From assembly GCA_965369865.1 (NCBI GenBank), contig CBDURU010000109.1:1-12047 (forward strand): DNA of 12,047 nucleotides, given 5' to 3'. Numbering within the stretch: position 1 is the stretch's first letter; each line of letters begins with the position of its first letter. The notes under the pieces are model-generated. The model saw only the letters and a program-made list of their open reading frames with translations, did no database searches and was not told the DNA's origin. The position numbers were made by a program, and so were the translations under genes. Of this stretch, positions 1-6,385 are shown piece by piece. The stretch comes from an uncultured bacterium (lineage in GTDB: Bacteria; JAJVIF01; JAPKYR01).

Positions 1-1
1 A

Positions 2-388
2 TCATGGACAACAGTTTCTTCCGGATCAACCTCATACACCTGGGATCCCGATTGTCCCGATCATACATTTAGAGTAAGAATCACAGATGGTATTGGCCAG
101 AAAACTACATCTACTACGTGCAATTTTCATGGTGATGATAATTACCCGACAGTCAATCTCTACGACTGTAATCCGCCGGTATTTTACTGGACCATGGACG
201 ACGACTGCACACAAAATAGCAGCCTTGGTGTGGAAGTATGTAAAGATGGGATATGGTCACAAGTCTTTGCCGGAGAGACTAGTTATATCTGGGATCCCAG
301 TGGTCTCAACCATACATTCAAAGTACGTATTACTGATGGCAAAGGACAAAAAACTACGTCCAACACATGCTATTTTGATGGCGATGAT
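2..388 (+). repeat. Tandem protein repeat with a 249-nt (83-aa) period
   Basis: 2-139 (SWTTVSSGSTSYTWDPDCPDHTFRVRITDGIGQKTTSTTCNFHGDD) versus 251-388 (IWSQVFAGETSYIWDPSGLNHTFKVRITDGKGQKTTSNTCYFDGDD): 30/46 aa identical by hand count, without gaps. Confidence 0.92.
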
Positions 389-1468
389 GATTGCCTGTTG
401 ACAGGAAATTACTCCCAGGAGATGTGTTATCACTGGATTGAAGTTGAAGGTGGACCAACAGGTAATCTTGGCAATCTTGCCGAGGTTGATTTACAAACCA
501 ACGGACCCGAGACTTCGACGCCGTGGGAAGGATGCCCCGATGCGGGTCAGAATTTCTACTGGGCGCAGTGGGCAAATGGTGGAATCAATTACATAATGGA
601 CACCGGCGATACCTGGTGCGTATGGGGCGACTTTTACGAGGAATGGGGGCAGGTACCCGGTGATTTCGGCAATTATGCGGCAAGTTATATTGGTCTTGAA
701 ACAGACTGTAGAAAATCAGGATCGTACTGGGATGAAGATAACGAAATATCATATCTAGCGGAATGGCAGCCGTTTGAGTGTGGGGTAATTGCCCAGAAGG
801 CAGGGGCAAGTCAGGCTTATCATGTCAGGGGTTATATTTATAACTACTGGATGTCGCAGGGCGGAATGAATAGCACATATGGCTGCCCGATAGGGAATGA
901 GATTGGTACAGGCAGCACGATTCAGGAGTTTGTAAATGGGTCTATCTGCTATGACTATGGTGACACCAGCGCGCATGATTGCGATGATATCCTTTACATT
1001 ACCGCTGACAATTTGGCTATCCTCAAGGGATTCCCTGAATCGGCATACAGTGGCCAGAAACTACTTTGGACATACGGTCAACAACTCAATGTGCCAATGC
1101 CTTATGAAAATTGGGAAAGAGCGTATGGATCTTATACCCAGCATGCACAAAATACTGCATACTGGGGTGAATGTGTCAGCACAGCTGCAGCGCTTTGCAA
1201 TCAATACATATCATGGAGCAAGTGCGAACAGGGAACGCAGGTGAATGCCGGTACCACCACAGAGGGTACTGTGATATATACTCCAATACAGTATGGTGGG
1301 GTACAGCATATAGTTATTTTTAAGCAATATGTAACTGGTGGAATAGAAGTGTGGGACTCTAATTGGGTTGGGTATCCAACTTATCACGTGGTCGGTAAAC
1401 ATACATTGTCATATTCGGGATCCGGCCTTGGTGACGCAGATAATTATTACATCTGTATATATCCCTAA
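2..1468 (+). CDS. 5'-truncated multidomain Cys-rich protein: 83-aa repeats, LGFP-like repeats and a C-terminal CHAP/NlpC-P60-like (papain-fold) domain; putative cell-wall amidase
   Basis: The frame of the 194..1468 ORF has no stop back to position 2 (SWTTVSSGSTSYTWDP...), so ATG 194 is internal. LGFP-like unit VRGYIYNYWMSQGGMNSTYGCPIGNE..QEFVNGSICY. The C-terminus has GECVS (Cys codon 1172), HIVIF (His codon 1307) and GIEVWDSNW. Stop TAA at 1466-1468. Confidence 0.75.
   Translation, partial: SWTTVSSGSTSYTWDPDCPDHTFRVRITDGIGQKTTSTTCNFHGDDNYPTVNLYDCNPPVFYWTMDDDCTQNSSLGVEVCKDGIWSQVFAGETSYIWDPSGLNHTFKVRITDGKGQKTTSNTCYFDGDDDCLLTGNYSQEMCYHWIEVEGGPTGNLGNLAEVDLQTNGPETSTPWEGCPDAGQNFYWAQWANGGINYIMDTGDTWCVWGDFYEEWGQVPGDFGNYAASYIGLETDCRKSGSYWDEDNEISYLAEWQPFECGVIAQKAGASQAYHVRGYIYNYWMSQGGMNSTYGCPIGNEIGTGSTIQEFVNGSICYDYGDTSAHDCDDILYITADNLAILKGFPESAYSGQKLLWTYGQQLNVPMPYENWERAYGSYTQHAQNTAYWGECVSTAAALCNQYISWSKCEQGTQVNAGTTTEGTVIYTPIQYGGVQHIVIFKQYVTGGIEVWDSNWVGYPTYHVVGKHTLSYSGSGLGDADNYYICIYP
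422..958 (+). repeat. Three degenerate LGFP-like repeats
   Basis: Units W..GGPTGNLG...QWANGGINY, VWGDFYEEW...QPFECGVIA and VRGYIYNYW..GG..YGCP..E..QEFVNGSICY. The third fits the LGFP (PF08310) pattern well, and the first two are divergent. Confidence 0.7.
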
Positions 1469-1546
1469 GATGGCGCAGGTGCCGCTTAAAGACTTGTACT
1501 CGTGGAGCCTATGATCGAGGGGCGTTGCATTTCGATGCCGAAAATC

Positions 1547-1576
1547 AAAAACGCGCCCTTTTTATCGAGGGCGCGT
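1547..1576 (-). terminator. Probable intrinsic terminator downstream of the HD-GYP gene
   Basis: Perfect 9-bp stem ACGCGCCCT (1551-1559) / AGGGCGCGT (1568-1576). The A-run at 1547-1551 gives a U tract on the minus strand. Confidence 0.65.
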
Positions 1577-1721
1577 CGTGGGTGAGATACGATCGAGAAA
1601 CCCCACGCAGTGCGGGGATTTATCATCTAAGGTATCTTATTAATATGTCGTATCCATCACCTTGCCGTAAGTTTGCGCATTATTAAAATAAATAAAAAAA
1701 CTCCCCTGTCCCTGAATTACT

Positions 1722-2843
1722 TCAATCATCCTCACCCTGATCGGCCTCATCCGGCCCTTTACCGATATCAATGGACCCATCACCGGCCATCGGAGCCAGG
1801 AGATCGCACAGGATCTCCACAATTTCAGGCTCAAACTGGGTTCCGGCATTCCTGCGAAGCTCCGCCAGCGCAACCTCCGTTGACATTCCACCACGATATG
1901 GCCTGTCGCCGGTCATGGCGTCGTAAGCGTCCGCGACAAACGTGATTTTTGCCGGCAACGGAATTTCATCGCCGGACAGCCCATCCGGGTAGCCTTTTCC
2001 ATCCAGCCTTTCGTGATGCCACCTGACAATCTGCTTGGGAATATCAAACAACGGATGCTGCATCGGTTTCAGAATTTCCTCCCCGATGACCGGATGGCGC
2101 ATGACGATTTTAAATTCCTCTTTTGTCAGCTTGCTCGGTTTATTGAGAATTCTGTCGGGAATGCCTATCTTCCCGATATCGTGCATCATCGAACCCACCT
2201 CGATTGCCTGCATCAGCTTGGGTTCGAGACCCATCTTGCGGGTGATTGCCACGGCATACGCTGTCACCATGTTCGAGTGGCCTCTCGTGTAATGGTCTTT
2301 CGCTTCGAGGGCAACAGCGAGGGTCTCTATTGCTTCGAGGTAATTGGATAGAAGTATTTCCCGAAGTACGGCGCTTTCGAAAAGGGGTATTAAATATGGC
2401 GCGAATGTAAGGAGTTCGTGGAAATGAACCGCTTGTATGCCTGAACCATCGCTGCCTGCCAGCACCATGCCTCCAAGATACTCTCCGTTCTTTATGAACG
2501 GGATTCCCACAACCGAATACTGCAAACCCTCTGTCTGGTAGTCCGAATATTCGGCTGGAAACGCCACGGGCTGGCGGTCGGCTGCCAACTGCTCGAATAC
2601 ATCGTCCACTACCGGGTTTTTTTCATAACTATGCGATGAAACCAGGTCGAGGTATCGGTTTGAGATGTAATGGTACAGCCTGATGTAACATGTCCGGGTT
2701 GCAAGCCTGCTGCCGATATGATTGAGCAGTTCACAGAAACCTTCTCGCCAGTCGGCCTTTCGGGAAATGTTCTCCGCGATCAGGTCGATCAGTTCGTTAG
2801 TATTTAAGGTATTAACATTAGCCATGATCAAGGTTTTTTTCAT
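1722..2843 (-). CDS. HD-GYP domain cyclic di-GMP phosphodiesterase with an N-terminal GAF-like domain
   Basis: Motifs EAKDHYTRGHS, MHDIGKIG, RHPVIG, HHERLDGKGYPDGL and ADAYDAMTGDRPYR. The N-terminal half has a GAF-like VGIPFIKNGEYLGGMVL segment. The start is uncertain (ATG 2843, ATG 2825 or TTG 2888). Confidence 0.92.
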   Translation of the reverse strand: MKKTLIMANVNTLNTNELIDLIAENISRKADWREGFCELLNHIGSRLATRTCYIRLYHYISNRYLDLVSSHSYEKNPVVDDVFEQLAADRQPVAFPAEYSDYQTEGLQYSVVGIPFIKNGEYLGGMVLAGSDGSGIQAVHFHELLTFAPYLIPLFESAVLREILLSNYLEAIETLAVALEAKDHYTRGHSNMVTAYAVAITRKMGLEPKLMQAIEVGSMMHDIGKIGIPDRILNKPSKLTKEEFKIVMRHPVIGEEILKPMQHPLFDIPKQIVRWHHERLDGKGYPDGLSGDEIPLPAKITFVADAYDAMTGDRPYRGGMSTEVALAELRRNAGTQFEPEIVEILCDLLAPMAGDGSIDIGKGPDEADQGEDD

Positions 2844-2956
2844 TAATACATTTTTCGTGCCTTTTATACTATCCAGATCGAATAGCAACTCGTTATTTAT
2901 ACAAAGAAATTTAATTGAATGTTTATTAAAAGGGGGGACTGCCTGAATGTTGTTAT

Positions 2957-3739
2957 TTAGCGGGTTATTTCGACCTTATTAGCGATCGCGTACAATTCCG
3001 GGAGACCTGTAACCTTTACATGAAATGAATATACTCCTGGCGCAAGACCGTCGTCTCCGATCGGGATTGTCAGCTCATGCGACCAGATTTCACCTGGTTC
3101 GAGAAGTATTGTGCTGAGAATCTGAGCGAATCGCCGGTTCGCTGACCATCGGTAGACCGTTGCCCCTGTGGCGTCCGATACCAGGATATCGAGTTTCTGG
3201 CCGGTAATAAATGAAAATTCAACCGTTTCCCCGGTCATATTTACAATCGAACACTGTACATCCAGCTTCTCATCGACAGGAACCGTGATATCGTCCTGAA
3301 GCCGAATCGGGTCGCCCGTCCCCGCCAGGCTGACCTTGAACGTCAATTCACCATCCTGGGCGTCATCGACTCCCAGAGCGTCTTCCGCAGGGGGAGCAAG
3401 GGGTTGATCTTCAGTAGGTTGAAATCCTGTCACAGGGCCGCCTCCAGACGTATTATCACCATTATCATCGTCTTCCTCCGCTTCTTCCGATTCGCCATTG
3501 CTTCCTGCATCCCCTACACCTTCCATGCTGTCATCGACCCCGGGTTGGCTTGAATTATTTAGATCACTGGTATCACCGGGATGATCGTCGGTAATTCCTG
3601 TTTCCTCTGTAGTATCATCCCCGTCCTGATCATCACCCGAATTCCCGGGACATCCGATAATAAATATCATAATAGCGGCAATCAGAAGTAAATAGACCCA
3701 AAGATTCGTATTTCTCTTGATTTTTTGTGAAATTTTCAT
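2957..3739 (-). CDS. Lipoprotein with an acidic disordered linker and a C-terminal BsuPI-like (proteinase inhibitor, Ig-like) domain
   Basis: SD GAGGA precedes ATG 3739. Basic N-region, hydrophobic core and lipobox-like IIGC (Cys codon 3652). The C-terminal NMTGETVEFSFITGQKLDILVSDATGATVYRWSANRRFAQ..LEPGE matches the BsuPI (PF12690) pattern from memory. Confidence 0.8.
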   Translation of the reverse strand: MKISQKIKRNTNLWVYLLLIAAIMIFIIGCPGNSGDDQDGDDTTEETGITDDHPGDTSDLNNSSQPGVDDSMEGVGDAGSNGESEEAEEDDDNGDNTSGGGPVTGFQPTEDQPLAPPAEDALGVDDAQDGELTFKVSLAGTGDPIRLQDDITVPVDEKLDVQCSIVNMTGETVEFSFITGQKLDILVSDATGATVYRWSANRRFAQILSTILLEPGEIWSHELTIPIGDDGLAPGVYSFHVKVTGLPELYAIANKVEITR

Positions 3740-3775
3740 TACAGGATTCCTCTTTCCATTCGGTTGATCCATCAC

Positions 3776-3804
3776 ATTCTATGAGATAATCGAGCACACA
3801 TCAA
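3776..3804 (-). promoter_or_regulatory. Sigma70-type promoter for the lipoprotein gene
   Basis: Minus strand TTGATG (3804-3799), 17-nt spacer, TAGAAT (3781-3776). This supports ATG 3739 over 3775 as the start. Confidence 0.55.
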
Positions 3805-3815
3805 GGATCAAAACA

Positions 3816-5111
3816 TTGACCGGAATTGTTCTTATATCACCGCCAGGCTTAAACCGGGATACTCCCGACCCGAACGGCCTTCCGCTTGGACTGGTTGGGC
3901 TTGCGACTATGGTTAAAAATCTGGCCGATGTCGAGATTGTCGATTCATACTCTCTGGCTTTAACGGTTTCCGAAACCATCGAAAGTGTTAATGAATTAAA
4001 ACCGGACTTAATCGGAATCAGCCTTCCATTTTCTTTTACTGAGCGGACGGGACTTGAAATCGCGGCTGGAATTAAGTCGCTCTGGAGTGATGTCCCGGTA
4101 ATTTTTGGAGGTGTCCAGGCATCGGTCCGATCGGGTAGATTGCTAAGTAACCAGTATGTCGATGCGGTTGCGATTGGTGAATTCGAGGCGTCTTTTCCTG
4201 AACTGGTAAACTTATTCATCTCCGGGGGATGGGACAATGTAATAAAAGCACGGCTGGAAAATCTCCTCACCGAAAATAAAACACCGCTTCCGGACAGGCG
4301 GAATTATAAATATATCGAAAATCTGGATTCGCTGCCAATACCCGATTTCTCGTTACTGCCCGGATTTCCCGAAAAATATATGCCGCGTCTAATGACATCG
4401 CGAGGGTGCAAATTCAGGTGTCCCTACTGTGCGTCGGCAGCCTACTGGGGCAACCGTTTCAGGGCACATTCTCCCGAACGAGTCGTTGCCGAGATGCGTT
4501 ACCTTAACGATACTTGGAAAATTGAACGCGTAAGTTTCTCCGATGATACATTCAATATGATCCCTGAGCGATCGCTGAAAATCGCAGAGCTTCTGAGGGA
4601 ATCCGGTCTCCCAATGAAATGGGGAGCGAGCATGCGTCCCGAGCTTCTTAGCGTGGATGATCTTCGATCATATGTTGAATCCGGTTTGACCGGGCTCTTC
4701 ATGGGACTGGAATCCGGCTCCGAACGTATTCTGAAATCGATAAACCGTACGCACGATCTCGAAAAAACCAGGGAAATAGTAGGTAAAGCTGAAGATCTCG
4801 GGGTTGAGGTGCATTGCTCGTTTATGATCGGATTACCTGATGAAACTGAGGACGATATTCAATTAACACTCGATTATGCGAGCAGCCTCTCGGCATCGAC
4901 ACTCGGATTCCATATTTTCCATCCGCTCTATGGAAGTGAATACGGTGAGAATCCCGATAAATATGGAATTGAGTTCGAGTCCGACCAGGATTCGATCGGG
5001 GAAATAGACGCGGTCGCGCCGATTCGCACCAGGCATCTCAGCCAGATGCGGATTCTGGATTATTACCACATGGCCCGCGGGATCGCGGAAGCCCGCATGC
5101 GTAAAAAATAG
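3816..5111 (+). CDS. B12-binding domain radical SAM protein (class B methyltransferase-like family)
   Basis: SRGCKFRCPYC (CxxxCxxC at 4407-4430). N-terminal PLGL..LA, DLIGIS, IFGG and IGEFE cobalamin-domain motifs; also DDTF, GLESGS and FMIGLPDET. SD AAGGA at 3803-3807 precedes TTG 3816. Confidence 0.92.
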   Translation: MTGIVLISPPGLNRDTPDPNGLPLGLVGLATMVKNLADVEIVDSYSLALTVSETIESVNELKPDLIGISLPFSFTERTGLEIAAGIKSLWSDVPVIFGGVQASVRSGRLLSNQYVDAVAIGEFEASFPELVNLFISGGWDNVIKARLENLLTENKTPLPDRRNYKYIENLDSLPIPDFSLLPGFPEKYMPRLMTSRGCKFRCPYCASAAYWGNRFRAHSPERVVAEMRYLNDTWKIERVSFSDDTFNMIPERSLKIAELLRESGLPMKWGASMRPELLSVDDLRSYVESGLTGLFMGLESGSERILKSINRTHDLEKTREIVGKAEDLGVEVHCSFMIGLPDETEDDIQLTLDYASSLSASTLGFHIFHPLYGSEYGENPDKYGIEFESDQDSIGEIDAVAPIRTRHLSQMRILDYYHMARGIAEARMRKK

Positions 5112-5230
5112 GTCTACAGATTGAGACTAATTCTACTTAACTAAACGCGTGGCGTCGACACGCTGAGTGAGACAGTTACACTCGCGCGCCTTGAAAATCT
5201 CTGGGTCGAACGTGCTTGTCGACGTAAAGG

Positions 5231-5626
5231 CTACCTGCTGTGTAAGTACGCCAGTACTCCCAGGATCGCGCCAGTCATGAATAGGATGAACGCTATCGCG
5301 GGCAGTGCTACCATGAACCAGGCAATGGCGGTAATTAACAATCCCAGTGGCGAATCTGCCCAGTCACCTTTAAATCTGCTGAATATTGCACTTTTAATAA
5401 CCCTTTCCCGTGCACGGTTGTATCTGTTAAATATGACCGACTCCGCGATTTTTTTCTTAGGATCGTGAAGGGCCTGGCTGATTTTCGCCGCCTGAGGTTC
5501 ACTTGTCGGTCTGACCCATTTTTTCCATGAGGATGGGTCGTAATATCCCGACCTCGACGGAATTGCTTCGGTGTATTCGGGGTTCGGTGGTTCGTGATCG
5601 GGGTTTTTTTCCGGTGGCTTTCCCAT
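5231..5626 (-). CDS. Hypothetical membrane protein with a C-terminal hydrophobic hairpin
   Basis: 131-aa ORF filling the gap behind the MBL gene. Pro/charged N-terminus and a ~36-aa hydrophobic C-terminal stretch. I recognise no family. Confidence 0.7.
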   Translation of the reverse strand: MGKPPEKNPDHEPPNPEYTEAIPSRSGYYDPSSWKKWVRPTSEPQAAKISQALHDPKKKIAESVIFNRYNRARERVIKSAIFSRFKGDWADSPLGLLITAIAWFMVALPAIAFILFMTGAILGVLAYLHSR

Positions 5627-5640
5627 TGTCTTATTTACTT

Positions 5641-5649
5641 ATTTTAACA
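5641..5649 (-). promoter_or_regulatory. Extended -10 promoter element for the 5626 gene
   Basis: Minus strand TG-T-TAAAAT, 14 nt upstream of ATG 5626, with no SD in between. Confidence 0.45.
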
Positions 5650-5652
5650 CAT

Positions 5653-6297
5653 TCACATAAGATAACCCGGGTTTAGCGTAAATGGATTTGTCCGTTTCTC
5701 ATGGCCGATCTCGGTATCGGGGCCATGCCCGCAGTGCACAATTGTCTCGTCGGGCAGGCTGTACAAAACTTCGGAAATTGATTTTATCAAAGCCTTGCCG
5801 TCCGAACGTGGAAAATCAACCCGTCCGACCGAACCCTCGAACAACGAATCGCCCACGAAAACCCGTTCCTTCCCGTCGTAGAATGAAATTCCTCCGGGAG
5901 TATGTCCGGGTGTAGCCATTGCGGTCAGCGTTATTTCGCCGGAGGTAAACGTGTCCCCTGCATGAATTTCCTCATCGACCTCGAACCGTTTCGCGAGTCC
6001 CATGCCGCACATCATCGCTGTCGATCCCCCCACAGAGCTAAGCAGGAAATCATCATCGGGCGACATATACACTTTCGCCCCGGTCAATTCTTTCAATTCC
6101 GAGACTGCGGATATGTGGTCGAAATGTCCGTGCGTAAGGAGGATCGTGACGTCCTCAATGCCGTGTTTACCAAGGGCTTTTATTATTTTCTTTGCGTCCC
6201 AGCCAGGGTCGATCACAAATCCCGACTTGGTATTTTCATCCGCGATAATAAAGCAATTTTCCTGCATCGGTCCGGTTACAATTGATTCTAATATCAT
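5653..6297 (-). CDS. MBL-fold metallo-hydrolase, glyoxalase II-like (YcbL/GloC family)
   Basis: IDPG, THGHFDH, TPGHTPG, FVGDSLF, GRVDFP, CGHGP and EKRTNPF motifs; 214 aa. Confidence 0.93.
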   Translation of the reverse strand: MILESIVTGPMQENCFIIADENTKSGFVIDPGWDAKKIIKALGKHGIEDVTILLTHGHFDHISAVSELKELTGAKVYMSPDDDFLLSSVGGSTAMMCGMGLAKRFEVDEEIHAGDTFTSGEITLTAMATPGHTPGGISFYDGKERVFVGDSLFEGSVGRVDFPRSDGKALIKSISEVLYSLPDETIVHCGHGPDTEIGHEKRTNPFTLNPGYLM

Positions 6298-6344
6298 TTT
6301 GCCTGGAAATTCTCACTTTTAATAAAGATAGGTACGGTGCCCGA

Positions 6345-6353
6345 AGTATATCA
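6345..6353 (-). promoter_or_regulatory. Extended -10 element for the MBL hydrolase gene
   Basis: Minus strand TG-A-TATACT, about 47 nt upstream of ATG 6297. Confidence 0.45.
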
Positions 6354-6378
6354 CAGCGGGTTGGGAATTCGGTATAAT
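6350..6378 (+). promoter_or_regulatory. Sigma70 promoter giving a probable leaderless transporter mRNA
   Basis: ATCACA (6350-6355), 17 nt, perfect TATAAT (6373-6378), then 7 nt to ATG 6386; no SD. Confidence 0.6.
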
Positions 6379-6385
6379 GCGTACC

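Noticed and set aside
32..1402. Short alternative-frame and antisense ORFs (87..401 +, 936..1244 +, several minus)
   Set aside because: They lie wholly within the repeat/LGFP/amidase gene, whose frame carries the repeats and motifs.
1645..1680. Minus-strand GCGCAAAC... resembling the start of a c-di-GMP-I riboswitch next to an HD-GYP gene
   Set aside because: It lacks the GNRA-capped P2 and the GACGCAAAGC core, and it lies downstream of the gene.
1694..1712. Minus-strand GGACAGGGGAG plus U7, looking like a terminator
   Set aside because: I found no complementary 5' arm nearby.
1640..2351. ORFs 1640..1894 (-), 1673..1945 (+), 2013..2351 (+) and 2035..2292 (+)
   Set aside because: Shadow ORFs of the HD-GYP gene with no motifs.
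3725..3742. TTGTGAAATTTTCATTA as a Rex operator
   Set aside because: Wrong spacing, a poor right half, and it lies mostly in coding sequence.
5112..5230. Canonical tRNA or integron attC site
   Set aside because: No D/T arms in the right positions, no properly paired RYYYAAC/GTTRRRY ends and no integrase. Kept only as an unclassified structured element.
6298..6385. preQ1 riboswitch upstream of yhhQ
   Set aside because: No preQ1 stem-loop or A-rich tail, and the promoter abuts the start codon.
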